63,890 nucleotides of DNA, filler included, from Stramenopiles sp. TOSAG23-2 (GCA_900128395.1; 3 parts of 3 records of this genome joined end to end with filler, not necessarily neighbours in it); one strand, 5' to 3'. Positions 23,035 through 33,956 are shown, counted from the whole stretch's first letter. A program made the numbers and translations. Notes: generated by a model not told the origin, from the letters alone.

Positions 23035-24819
23035 ATGTTAGCAAAAACATTTCGTAATTGTTTTCTACCAACTACTCCCTTTCGCGGTCGAATAAGTAAA
23101 AATAATCATAAACGAGTGACTCGTAATTTGTTTAAATATAGTACCATTTGTAATGAGAAAGACATTGAAAAGACTACTTTCGTTTCAACACCAATATTTT
23201 ATGTCAATGCAAAACCACATATAGGACATTTATATACAGCTTTGTTAACAGACGCTTATGCAAGATGGTGTAAAATTAAAGGCGAAAAGGTTTTATTTTC
23301 TACTGGAACAGATGAGCATGGTTTAAAGGTGCAAGAAGCAGCGGAAGCAAATGATGAAACACCATCGAATTTTTGTAACAATATTTCGTCGAAATTTTCA
23401 AAGACTTTCGACTTATTTAATGTAAAATATGATGATTACATACGAACATCTGAAGAAAGGCATGCGAAATGCGTACATAAGCTTTGGGATATCATATGGA
23501 ATAATGGATATATATATGTTGGTAAGCACGAAGGATGGTATTGTACTAGTGATGAAACATTTTTACCTGAATCCCAAGTTACAACAAAAATGGATGATGT
23601 GACAAATACGGAAATAAAAATATCAATGGAAAGTGGACATCCAGTTGTGTGGTTGAGCGAAGAAAATTATATGTTTCGTTTATCAGCTTTTGAAAAGTCT
23701 TTATTAGACTGGCTTGATAATAATCCGAATGCGATATATCCGAAGTCAAAGTACAATGAAGTGAAGTCTTTTATATTAAAAAATGGTTTAAGTGATATAT
23801 CGATATCTAGAAAGCAGAGTACAGTAAAATGGGCAATTCCAGTCCCAAATCAATATGATGAAGAAACATTGGAGAAACATTCGATATATGTATGGTTAGA
23901 TGCACTTACTAATTATTTAACTGTTACCGGGTTTGGAAACAACTGGAATATAAGCGATATAGATGGTCGCAAAGCAAAAGATAATGGTTGGCCTGCCGCA
24001 TGTCATGTTGTTGGTAAAGATATTTTAAAATTTCATGCAATATATTGGCCAGCATTTTTATTAGCAGCTGGTTTGCCATTGCCTGAAAAAATTCTTGCTC
24101 ATGGACATTGGACGGTTAATCGGGTAAAAATGAGCAAAAGTTTAGGCAATGTTATCGATCCAATTGATTTATTTGAAACATTTGGCGTAGATCCTGTACG
24201 ATATTTTCTACTACGTGATGGAAGTATTAATAATGATGGAGATTTTAGTTTAGAAAATTTAGAATTAAGACGTGATGTTGAATTAGCTGATACATTAGGA
24301 AATTTGTTGACTAGGGCGACTGGCAAAGCAATGTTACCAGAAGGATTAGTTTTGCCAGTACCATCACCTGCACACGAGCTTTTGGAAAATGATATTAAGT
24401 TAAGACAATCAGCTGAAAATTTATGTCGCGTTGTTCCTGAATATTATGATAATTTTGAATTTGGACATGCTATTTTAGAAATTATGAATGTTTTGCGGGA
24501 GACAAATCGTTATTTTCAAGAAATGGAACCTTGGACCATCCGTAAACGAATTAAAGAAGCAAAAAAAAACGGAGATGATATTTCACAATTAGATGTTCAA
24601 CGTGCTGATACAATTGTCTACAATGCGCTGGAAGTTGTCCGTCTTTGTACTATTTTATTGCAACCTATTGTACCTGAATTATCAAACAATGTATTAAATT
24701 ATTTAAACGAGGGCAATCGTGGAATATTAGTTGTTGATGAATATTTATGGAGAAATGGCAATATAAAATTTAATGGTGTGTATGGAAAAGCCTTTAAATT
24801 GATTGATAAAGAGAAGTAG
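23035..24819 (+). CDS. MARS2: Methionyl-tRNA synthetase, mitochondrial/bacterial type
   Basis: 'STPIFYVNAKPHIGH', 'TGTDEHGLK', 'YVWLDAL', 'GKDILKFHAIYWPAFL', KMSKS. First ATG at 23035, followed by a basic presequence. Confidence 0.95.
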   Translation: MLAKTFRNCFLPTTPFRGRISKNNHKRVTRNLFKYSTICNEKDIEKTTFVSTPIFYVNAKPHIGHLYTALLTDAYARWCKIKGEKVLFSTGTDEHGLKVQEAAEANDETPSNFCNNISSKFSKTFDLFNVKYDDYIRTSEERHAKCVHKLWDIIWNNGYIYVGKHEGWYCTSDETFLPESQVTTKMDDVTNTEIKISMESGHPVVWLSEENYMFRLSAFEKSLLDWLDNNPNAIYPKSKYNEVKSFILKNGLSDISISRKQSTVKWAIPVPNQYDEETLEKHSIYVWLDALTNYLTVTGFGNNWNISDIDGRKAKDNGWPAACHVVGKDILKFHAIYWPAFLLAAGLPLPEKILAHGHWTVNRVKMSKSLGNVIDPIDLFETFGVDPVRYFLLRDGSINNDGDFSLENLELRRDVELADTLGNLLTRATGKAMLPEGLVLPVPSPAHELLENDIKLRQSAENLCRVVPEYYDNFEFGHAILEIMNVLRETNRYFQEMEPWTIRKRIKEAKKNGDDISQLDVQRADTIVYNALEVVRLCTILLQPIVPELSNNVLNYLNEGNRGILVVDEYLWRNGNIKFNGVYGKAFKLIDKEK

Positions 24820-25345
24820 CTAAAATATATTACGAAGCGTAATATTTAAAATACACTTGCAGACGTGCATTAGAGCTTCACTATATAGTAGGGATAGAAT
24901 ATTGTTCTCTTGAGATAGAGTATTGAGCACATTCTTTACAAGAAGGAAGAAGTAAAATTATTATTAAAACTCTTTAGATTTTAACCCAATTACTCGTATA
25001 TTTTTAGTAAAATTATTATTAACTCTTATATATATATATAAAAAGATTTTAACCATCATTTTTTTTTTAAATGTACACACATAAAAAAATAAAGAGTTTA
25101 TAAATATCATATGATAATAATAATATGATACGACTCGTATCATATTATTATACGGCTCGTATATGATATATATGTGTTTTTCTCTTACTCATATATCATA
25201 TGATATATATGATATATCATATATATGTGCATTTTTATTTTATACGAACCGCTTCGTATTTTTTATCAAAAATTAAATTAAATATAATAATATACATGCC
25301 CGGCATGCGCGTTCGTAAAATATTATATTTTTTATAAAAATTTTT

Positions 25346-25714
25346 TTACTCTTTTCCATCGAAATCATCTGGTCTATCCCACACACTCATCTTCGTTTCT
25401 CTATTGTAGTAAAATACTTTGCCAGATCCATCCGTCTTCTTCTTCCATTTACTTTTCTTTTTCTTTCTTGCCAATACAATATCCTCATCGTCCTCTTCTT
25501 CCTCTGCCAACTCTTGTTCTTTTTTCTTTCTTTCCGCTTCTTCATCTGCAGTACTTTTAATACCATCAAAATTTTCTGCTAGTTTATTTTGGACTTTCTT
25601 TTTTGCCGCTTCTGCAGCAGGAGCAATCGGAAGTGCAAATGCTAGAAGCAAAGGTGAACAATTTAAAATCAGATTTAAGAAGAAGAACCCAAGAAAATCA
25701 AGCTTTTCAATCAT
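25346..25714 (-). CDS. C-terminal part of a WW-domain protein (5' end doubtful)
   Basis: 'WKKKTDGSGKVFYYNRETKMSVWDRP' is a WW domain. Sequence upstream of about 25620 looks like antisense of the neighbouring ORF. Confidence 0.6.
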   Translation of the reverse strand: MIEKLDFLGFFFLNLILNCSPLLLAFALPIAPAAEAAKKKVQNKLAENFDGIKSTADEEAERKKKEQELAEEEEDDEDIVLARKKKKSKWKKKTDGSGKVFYYNRETKMSVWDRPDDFDGKE

Positions 25715-25968
25715 GGGTTCATTCTCATTATTATGTTTTAGGTGGCTTTGGCAAAAAGTTATTTGGATCTACAGTCAGCGAAATGTATGATCAATCCATG
25801 GATGATGATTCCTTCGATTTGATAGAAAAACTCATTGGACATGGTGGGAATAAAAAGTATTATGAAAATGATCAAATGAGCCAAAAGCTACAAAATGAAT
25901 TATATGCTGAAATGGAGGCAAATGAAGTGAAACGGATTCGATCAAAAAAAAATAAACAGCAGTTTTAA
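25603..25968 (+). CDS. Short coiled-coil ORF, probably a gene 3' fragment
   Basis: Protein-like composition ('LLQQEQSEVQMLEAKVNNLKSDLRRR'). No AT-rich upstream region, and it overlaps the WW ORF head-to-head. Confidence 0.45.
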   Translation: MPLLQQEQSEVQMLEAKVNNLKSDLRRRTQENQAFQSWVHSHYYVLGGFGKKLFGSTVSEMYDQSMDDDSFDLIEKLIGHGGNKKYYENDQMSQKLQNELYAEMEANEVKRIRSKKNKQQF

Positions 25969-26140
25969 AAAAAAAAATATGATGACAACATACGAATAAG
26001 AAAATAAAATATCTTTTTTTCTTTTTACCTGGTATTATAATGGTTAAAATCTAAGTTATAATAACTTTACACTTCTCGACACTTTTTCTTTTTTATCGTA
26101 CACGAAGTATGATACTACGAGGACTATGATATCTTTTTTT

Positions 26141-27253
26141 TTAAAAACTATCACTTCTCCATGAAAAAAATTTCTTCTTCATCGTTTCATTCGTATTATT
26201 ATTGTTATCACCATCCTTAATATCATTACTAGTAGTATTAGAATCACGATTGAAAACATAATAGCGCCATCCCCAGTCTGTTAACGATTCATCTACTAAA
26301 ATATTACCCCAATTTAAAATCTCCTTCGTGGCCATATATGGAACTTGTATTTCACATAACTTTTGATTATTTATAATATCATTATCCAATAATAATACAT
26401 GTTCAATTATCTTTTGAATGTAGATTTGACTTTTCTTCTGTTCAAAAATTGCAGTAGCTACGGCAAATTCAACTAATTGATAATTGTTTTGATGGTTTTT
26501 GCACCAACAATATGCCACAACTTCATTGTTTTCAACATATACATAATAACCATCATGATTGATAATAGCCATCTTATTATTATTATTCTTATTATTCTTA
26601 CTATTACTTTCAGCATTTTTCATAATATACTCAAAATCAATTAAAGTTCGATCTTTAAGAAATAATAATTCTTGAAACGTTTTATATAAATTTTGTAACA
26701 CTAATAAATCATCGTTTGTTGCTTTTCGTATTAACATATCATCATTTTTATTACTATCATTACATGAATCTGTATTTATTTGCCATTGACCATATTTTAC
26801 AATACCAATTTGATTCCATCCTAATTTACTATAATAATTTTGTAATGCTGGTTTTGATGAATGTAATAATGTTATAGAAATGTTTTTTTCTTTTAAAAAT
26901 TGTTTTGTGTATAATAACAATAATTTTGCTAGTCCTTTTCTTTGATATTCAGGATGTGTACAAACACTACCAATTCCTCCACAAGTTATTTTTTTATTAT
27001 TATATGTTATATAAAATATACACAATGTCGATAATATAATTGTTTTTTTCTTTTTCTCATCACTTTCATTATTAATATTATTTGTTTTAGTAGTCAAAAT
27101 TAAAATTTCTTTTGAATTATGATGTGTCTGTAATTGTTTTTCAAAATATTTTCTAGGGGTACCTTTTTTTGCAAAGCATAATGCAACAAAATCTAACCAA
27201 TTTGATATAGAGGTGGGTGTTTGTTGTAAGACGTTAATTTCGTAATTCTCCAT
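26141..27253 (-). CDS. GNAT-family acetyltransferase (Eis-like, possibly tandem GNAT)
   Basis: Motif A 'GGIGSVCTHPEYQRKGLAKLLL' and 'NYYSKLGW'. First ATG at 27253. Confidence 0.85.
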   Translation of the reverse strand: MENYEINVLQQTPTSISNWLDFVALCFAKKGTPRKYFEKQLQTHHNSKEILILTTKTNNINNESDEKKKKTIILSTLCIFYITYNNKKITCGGIGSVCTHPEYQRKGLAKLLLLYTKQFLKEKNISITLLHSSKPALQNYYSKLGWNQIGIVKYGQWQINTDSCNDSNKNDDMLIRKATNDDLLVLQNLYKTFQELLFLKDRTLIDFEYIMKNAESNSKNNKNNNNKMAIINHDGYYVYVENNEVVAYCWCKNHQNNYQLVEFAVATAIFEQKKSQIYIQKIIEHVLLLDNDIINNQKLCEIQVPYMATKEILNWGNILVDESLTDWGWRYYVFNRDSNTTSNDIKDGDNNNNTNETMKKKFFSWRSDSF

Positions 27254-27949
27254 GGTAAAAAATGATACCAATGTTTGTTTCGTATGACGACTGTAATATA
27301 ACTAATACGGCAGATGTTTTGATTCTTATAATATAATTATTTCAACAATATAATAACCTGTAGATATATATATTATTTTTACAAACAACATCATTTTTAA
27401 TTTGTTGTTTTGTTGCTTGTTGTTGTTGTAAACGATCGTATATTGGATCGTAGGCAATGCTGTGTCCATGGTAAATATATGCTAGCATGGTACTACGCCT
27501 GAAATCAATAGCATAGACACAGGGGGTGTTATTTTCAATTTGGCATTTTGGAAATGTTACAAATTCACAAATTCACATCAAACAGGTTTGGTAGCAATAA
27601 AAGTTGGATTTATCTATTAATTGTTGTACTACTTTCATCCTCTCAGTGAGATTATAATATACCTTATACCAGATTACCTTGTGTGTCTTACGCACTTACC
27701 ATCATTTACACACATCAAATCAAATAATAATATACAAGCACACAATATACATCAGATGCTTGATACCACAACCGGTGATGGTATATAGTCGGTCTATAAT
27801 AAACATAAACATACTGTAATATCTAAAACCTACAACAAAATATATAACAATATAAATACTGTAATATATATAATACCTGAATACATACAATTTTACTAAT
27901 TGATATATAGTAGCAAGGATCATAATATAAGTTGAAAAAAAGTAAAAAC

Positions 27950-30235
27950 ATGAATAATGTTGTTGTTGCTGATGATTCTATAACTTATGACCATTTAGTT
28001 GAAATATCAACGCGCATTGCAGCAATATTAAAGTCACGAAAAGAAACAATAGCAATAACAGAGTCTGCATGTGGTGGCTTAATATCATCTGCATTGCTTT
28101 CAATCCCAGGCGCATCCTCATTTTATAAAGGTGCAAATGTCGCATATAGCCGTGATTCCCAACGTGCGTATTTTCCATCTGATCTCATGGATAAAGTCAA
28201 AAATGGTAAAGTTAAATATGGTGCTGAAGAATTTATGTTATTACGTGCTTCAGATGTTGCAAGAAAATTAAATGCAACATATGGATTATCAGAAACTGGT
28301 CAAACTGGCCCTGTGTTTCTACGTGTAAAGCCACGCGGTCCATTTGATAATGTTACTGGATCATCAGATGGAGAAGGTGGTATAAAGCGTATGAAGAATG
28401 GAAGAAAAGGTCAAGCCCGAGCAGTTGTTGCTTTTTCAACATCATCCTCTTCTTCGAATTATATGATAAAAGTTGCCAAACGTCTTACTACAACATTTTC
28501 AAATAGGCAAAAAAATATGATGTATTTTGCATATAATGCATTAGAAATGGTAGAAAAGCATTTATTGTTATTACAAAATAATCGAGCGGTACAAGGTAAT
28601 TATCATTTAAAAAGTGCCGTTGAAGTTGTTGAACTATTAAAACGTAATGAAGTAACACCATTAGAGTTAATTGATTTGGTTGAAAAACGAATTGATGAGA
28701 CGGAATATTTAATTCATGCAACACCTATAACTTGTTTTGAGCGTGCACGAGCTAATGCAAGAAAATTAAAGATACCGGAAAATCCTCCGCCAGGATATTT
28801 ATATGGACTTCCAGTTCTGATCAAAGATTTAAATGGTGTAGAAGGTGTACGTTTTACGCATGGTAGTTTAATTTTTAAAGATAGAATTGCAAAACGAACT
28901 GGTCCTGTTGCCATGCAAATCGAAGCAATGGGTGGTATTGTCTGTGGAAAGACAAATGTCCCAGAATTTGGTGCAGGATCGAATAGTTTTAATGAAATTT
29001 TTCCTACCACAAAATCACCATATGATACTCGTACAACAGCTGGTGGTAGTAGTGGTGGTGCAGCAGCAGCTGTTAGTGCATGTCAGGCATGGTTATGCAA
29101 TGGTAGTGATTTAGGTGGTTCTTTACGTACACCAGCATCATTTTGTGGCATTGTTGGTTTTCGTACATCACCTGGCACAGTAGTTACGAAAGGTCCAAGC
29201 GGAAAACGAGCAAATTTTTTACATTCAATACAAGGCCCGATGGCTAGAACTGTAAAAGATTTAAGTTTATTTCTAGATACAATGACAATGAATCCGACAA
29301 CCGGAACATTGCCAGATAAAACAATTGGATGGGAAACATATGCAGATTATCCTAAACGACCTGCCAAGTTTTATTCATGGCAACATCTAGTTGAAGAAAC
29401 GTTGTCAACTCCAACTTGGGGAAAACCCCTGAAAATAGCATATTCAACTTTAAATTGCAACATAGCAAAAGAATATAATGCAGTCTGTAAAGATGCAGCA
29501 AATCGATTTTTTCAAAGCATTCAAAATATTAATGGCAGTAAATTTAATCATGTAAAAGAGCCATTTGATTTAGAGATGGCGGAAGATCATTTTTATTTAT
29601 TACGTGCACATTTATTTGGTGGTAGTTTTGGTAAATTTCCAAAAGATTGGTATGATTTATTGAAACCAGAAATTAAATGGAATTCAAATTGTTATCAATT
29701 ATCAAGTTTTCCAACTAGTAAAAGTGGATTAACCAATGTATTTAACAGAAATGAAGAATTCCATATACAAGTGAATCAATTTTTCAATGAATACGATGTA
29801 TTGATAACACCAGCGTCATTAGATGGTCCATTCAATGCAGATGTAAGATATCCACTGAGAAAATATGGTGATGTAGACGAACATTTTGAGTTTTCAAATT
29901 ATTTAAGTTGGATGATGCCGGCATGTAAAATTTCAACAACTAGTTGCCCAGCCATTGTTGTTCCTGTTGGTAAATTAAAAGATGGACGCCCCGTCTGTGT
30001 ACAAATGGTTTGTAAATTGAATAATGATATGAAACTTTTACAAATGGCAGCTCATTTAGAGCGTGTTATTGGATTTGATGCAAGAATGCCAAATCCAGTG
30101 AAAGGTACTTATGATTTAATTGCAGAAGGACCTAAAACAACAGCGGAAGCTGCATTACATTGTGATATCGCATTAAACAATTTTTTGGAAAAATATGATA
30201 CTACTACTGAGGGTAGTAAAAGTGCAAGATTGTGA
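27950..30235 (+). CDS. CinA/PncC-like domain fused to an amidase-signature-family amidase, C-terminal PTS1-like ARL
   Basis: N-terminal 'IAITESACGGLISSALLSIPGASSFYKG...YS' and 'GLSETG.TGP'. Amidase 'GLPVLIKDL', 'GKTNVPEFG', 'GGSSGG', 'GSDLGGSLRTPASFCG'. Ends KSARL*. Confidence 0.9.
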   Translation: MNNVVVADDSITYDHLVEISTRIAAILKSRKETIAITESACGGLISSALLSIPGASSFYKGANVAYSRDSQRAYFPSDLMDKVKNGKVKYGAEEFMLLRASDVARKLNATYGLSETGQTGPVFLRVKPRGPFDNVTGSSDGEGGIKRMKNGRKGQARAVVAFSTSSSSSNYMIKVAKRLTTTFSNRQKNMMYFAYNALEMVEKHLLLLQNNRAVQGNYHLKSAVEVVELLKRNEVTPLELIDLVEKRIDETEYLIHATPITCFERARANARKLKIPENPPPGYLYGLPVLIKDLNGVEGVRFTHGSLIFKDRIAKRTGPVAMQIEAMGGIVCGKTNVPEFGAGSNSFNEIFPTTKSPYDTRTTAGGSSGGAAAAVSACQAWLCNGSDLGGSLRTPASFCGIVGFRTSPGTVVTKGPSGKRANFLHSIQGPMARTVKDLSLFLDTMTMNPTTGTLPDKTIGWETYADYPKRPAKFYSWQHLVEETLSTPTWGKPLKIAYSTLNCNIAKEYNAVCKDAANRFFQSIQNINGSKFNHVKEPFDLEMAEDHFYLLRAHLFGGSFGKFPKDWYDLLKPEIKWNSNCYQLSSFPTSKSGLTNVFNRNEEFHIQVNQFFNEYDVLITPASLDGPFNADVRYPLRKYGDVDEHFEFSNYLSWMMPACKISTTSCPAIVVPVGKLKDGRPVCVQMVCKLNNDMKLLQMAAHLERVIGFDARMPNPVKGTYDLIAEGPKTTAEAALHCDIALNNFLEKYDTTTEGSKSARL

Positions 30236-30460
30236 AAAATTTGTATTAATATTAATAGTAGTATTAGTATACCGGCCGTACTGTGTAAATAATAATATAG
30301 ATATTCCAATAGCAACAGCTTAGGAGGTAGTAAAATAATAGATATAATACGAGGCTCGTATAGATATAGATACATTAAACATATACAAAACACAGAATAA
30401 TAATAATACATACATACAAATACAATTGAATGCACTGATATTAATATCAAAACAACAAAC

Positions 30461-33040
30461 ATGACGTTGTATAAAACAATTAGTATCCTTCTAATTGTTA
30501 GTAGTATATTCCTAATATACACGACCAATGCAACTACACCCTCAATATGGTTACCAGAATCAAAACATGCATCATATGTTTTTCTTCGACCAAATATATC
30601 ATTAGCTTCTCACTTTAATTTAAATAAGGAGAAAAACAATGCGGTGATAAGTACATTGAATATCAAAGTATCAGCTTCACAAGATGTTGTTCCAAACGAT
30701 GGACAACAACGTTTATTAGCAGCATATCGACTATTTGTAAATTCAATCGAAGTTACACAAGGACCTGGGAGAGGCGAAGTGCCTACATTTGCAACTACAA
30801 CCAAAGGAAATGCTATTTATGATGTTGTAACAGTAACATCCAAAGATATCCTTGGCAACGGAGATACGTTAGGACTGGCATTACAATGTTTTCAAGGCGA
30901 TGGCGGAACAGATGCATGGGCACAACTGGAAGTAGAGGCATTCAATACCAATAAGGAATCTCTTGGTATTTATCAAACAAACGTGAATGATTGGGTTGGA
31001 TATAATGCAGATGAAATATTTGAAAAAGGTCTACCAGATAAGTGTGGTAGAATTAATGAAAACATAAGAGCTGATATTTTTTCAAAAAATGCAATGTGGA
31101 AAGAAAATACATTTGTGCCAACTCATTCAAAAGGATGGATGAAAGTAGAGGGTAGAACACCACCAATAGAACCAATTGCAAAAGCGACAAAACCATTAGT
31201 GGTAAAATCAGGAATCGAGCCAAAATATGTTCATCAAATTGATGGATTGACATATTTCTTTGATTTTGGATATGAACAAATGTCTGGGATTCAACTTATG
31301 GTTCCTGGAAAAGGTCAAAATTTAGAGGGATTTAAAGTCGAAATTCGTTTAAGCGAAGAAGTAAATGGTACAGATAAAATTTTGTTTCCTGATACAAGTG
31401 GGAATAAATATATATCTAATTGTACGTTGGCAAATAATGGAGAGGATAGTATTATTGAATATCATGAATACCCTGGATTATGGCGATATGGCACGTTCAA
31501 ATTTTTCCCAAAAGATAAATTTATTAAATTTAAAAATGATAATAATATTGAATTTACCGTTAAAAGATGGGCGGTACAATATCCATTTAATGATGATGAT
31601 AGTTCCTTCACTTCAAGTTCAGACATGTTAAACAAAGTGTGGACGTTAATGAAAGATAGCCTGCGCCTTACATCATTAGATACATTTACCGATTCAAATA
31701 CTCGAGAACGATTGCCATATGAAGCCGATGGATATATTACAGCACGATCTAGATGGGTGTTGCAAGAAGAATATGAATGGCCAAAACATTCAATCAAACA
31801 TGTATTGCATAATCCAACATGGCCAACTGAATGGAAACAATTTACAATATTATTAGCACATGAACATTATATGATGACTGGAGATAATTCAATAGTTGAA
31901 GAATATTTTCATTTATTAAAAAACAATACGATGCATCCATTTATTCACCCTGATACAAATTTAGTTGATTTTACTGGGAAAATTGTATCACATCGATTTA
32001 ATTCATTATGCCATTCAACTATTGATTATTTCCCACCAAATGTAACTGATGGGGGCACATCTTGCGATATTGTAGATTGGGAAGAATCTTATAGATGTGG
32101 ATATAATTTTACAACTAAAAATACCGTGGTGAATGCATTTGCTTACAAATCAATGAAAATGCTCTCTGAACTTGCCATGTTGGTACCAGCGCTTGTAAAC
32201 GAAGCGAAACTTTTAAAGACACAAGCAGTAAATACAAAACAAGCTATTTTAAAGTTAATGTACAATAAGAAAACAGGGTTTTTTTGCGATGGTTTATGCT
32301 CGGAGACTGCAAATCCAGGTACATTTCATGCCCAGCATTATCCATTATGGTTAGGTGTAACACCAGATGAAAATGTAGAGATCGTTCATAAATATTTATC
32401 AAGTCAAGGAATGCGTGGTTCTACATACAGTTCACACAGTTTATTATATGGCTTATATGAGCGTACAGCTTCAATTGACCATGGACAAATAGGCTTGGAC
32501 CTTATGGTACAATGTTCTAATCAGAGTTGGTGTAATATGATAGAATCTGGTGCAACAACGAGTTGGGAGATGTGGAACTTTTATCAAGGCACCCATTCCC
32601 ATCCTTGGAGTTCAACACCTGCCAGTGTAATTGTTTTTGGTTTATTTGGTCTCAGACCCACCGTACCAGGTTGGAGTCGATGGCGTGTCAAGATTGCAAG
32701 TGGAAATTTGAAATTTGGTAAAATTAAAACCCCTACACCCAACGGACCAATTGTACAAAATTTTACTAAAAATGATAATGGCACCTTTATATTTCATTTA
32801 ATACAAATACCAAAAGGTACTATAGCAGAAGAAATATGTTTGCCTAACTTTCATACATCATTGAAGAAAAAAAATATTTTGAACGTTCATAACAATATTG
32901 ATATGATACATAATGATGTCAATGATGTAGTTTACATGTATGTAAATGGTAAAAAAATAAAAGCTAGATATGAAAATTTAAAATATAAAACATATGTATG
33001 CATCGATAATATTAAAGAAAGTGGTGTGTTTGTGTTGTAA
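30461..33040 (+). CDS. Secreted alpha-L-rhamnosidase-like glycoside hydrolase (GH78)
   Basis: Signal peptide, 'FFDFG', 'FTSSSDMLNKVW', 'DSNTRERLPYEADG', 'IVDW', 'GATTSWEMW', 'HSHPWSSTP'. Confidence 0.88.
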   Translation: MTLYKTISILLIVSSIFLIYTTNATTPSIWLPESKHASYVFLRPNISLASHFNLNKEKNNAVISTLNIKVSASQDVVPNDGQQRLLAAYRLFVNSIEVTQGPGRGEVPTFATTTKGNAIYDVVTVTSKDILGNGDTLGLALQCFQGDGGTDAWAQLEVEAFNTNKESLGIYQTNVNDWVGYNADEIFEKGLPDKCGRINENIRADIFSKNAMWKENTFVPTHSKGWMKVEGRTPPIEPIAKATKPLVVKSGIEPKYVHQIDGLTYFFDFGYEQMSGIQLMVPGKGQNLEGFKVEIRLSEEVNGTDKILFPDTSGNKYISNCTLANNGEDSIIEYHEYPGLWRYGTFKFFPKDKFIKFKNDNNIEFTVKRWAVQYPFNDDDSSFTSSSDMLNKVWTLMKDSLRLTSLDTFTDSNTRERLPYEADGYITARSRWVLQEEYEWPKHSIKHVLHNPTWPTEWKQFTILLAHEHYMMTGDNSIVEEYFHLLKNNTMHPFIHPDTNLVDFTGKIVSHRFNSLCHSTIDYFPPNVTDGGTSCDIVDWEESYRCGYNFTTKNTVVNAFAYKSMKMLSELAMLVPALVNEAKLLKTQAVNTKQAILKLMYNKKTGFFCDGLCSETANPGTFHAQHYPLWLGVTPDENVEIVHKYLSSQGMRGSTYSSHSLLYGLYERTASIDHGQIGLDLMVQCSNQSWCNMIESGATTSWEMWNFYQGTHSHPWSSTPASVIVFGLFGLRPTVPGWSRWRVKIASGNLKFGKIKTPTPNGPIVQNFTKNDNGTFIFHLIQIPKGTIAEEICLPNFHTSLKKKNILNVHNNIDMIHNDVNDVVYMYVNGKKIKARYENLKYKTYVCIDNIKESGVFVL

Positions 33041-33260
33041 AATGCGCTTGGAATAAAATATATCGTATCATATCAGTGTGTACCATTTCAAAGAAATTGT
33101 GTACATACATGTGTAAGAAAAAGAAAAAAAGTGTGCGCAACACGTAAAAAATTACGAGTTTTCGTCAAAAAACTTCTAGATATTACACGAAAAATATTTA
33201 CACCCTCTCTCGCCTATGTACTAGTATTTCTTCCATCTTTATACGAGTTCGTATGATTTT

Positions 33261-33956
33261 TTAATTTTGTTTTGATCTACTATCATTTGTTAAAAAACGA
33301 CTACCAGTTAAAACTAATATTGCTACTGAAAATTGTATTAACAATACAGCCCACATACTAATACCCATAACATTTTTTGCAAATAATGGTATTCCAGCTT
33401 TTGAGTCGTTGCACAATAAATGTAATAACAATAATATATAAGCTACTGGCGAAGCAGGTTTTGAATGTTTTTTCGAATAAGAATAAGTTAATATCGACAC
33501 TATGCTAACAAAGCCAATACTGGCAACAATATGAATGTTTGCACCAAGACATATTTGTATGTTACTCCAGTTAAATTCATTTCCTCGAGCATAACTAAAT
33601 AAGGGCAAAAAACAACCAAATATTGATTCTGCACATGACCAGCCAATTGCTACTGCTAAATCACGTATTTTACGATTACCTTTTGTATTGTATAAAATAA
33701 AAGCTATAACTGCAACATCAATCAGTGATATGAATAAACGTTTAATTTCAGTGGTTGCGTGAAACGAATCGGAACTAGATATTGGTATAAACGTGGCTAT
33801 TAATATCATTTTAATTATTTGTGAAAATAAATACAAAAACCCAGTTCTTAAACATACCGGCCATTGTCTTTCCTCTGCTATTCCTAAACCATAATACGAT
33901 ACATATAATGGACCATATGCTAATAATGCACAATTTAAAAAGTGATAAAATGTCAT
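33261..33956 (-). CDS. TMEM147: Transmembrane protein 147 (BOS complex subunit)
   Basis: N-terminus 'MTFYHFLNCALLAYGP', 'YLFSQIIKMILIATFIP', 'IGWSCAESI', 'ARGNEFNW'. Confidence 0.9.
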   Translation of the reverse strand: MTFYHFLNCALLAYGPLYVSYYGLGIAEERQWPVCLRTGFLYLFSQIIKMILIATFIPISSSDSFHATTEIKRLFISLIDVAVIAFILYNTKGNRKIRDLAVAIGWSCAESIFGCFLPLFSYARGNEFNWSNIQICLGANIHIVASIGFVSIVSILTYSYSKKHSKPASPVAYILLLLHLLCNDSKAGIPLFAKNVMGISMWAVLLIQFSVAILVLTGSRFLTNDSRSKQN

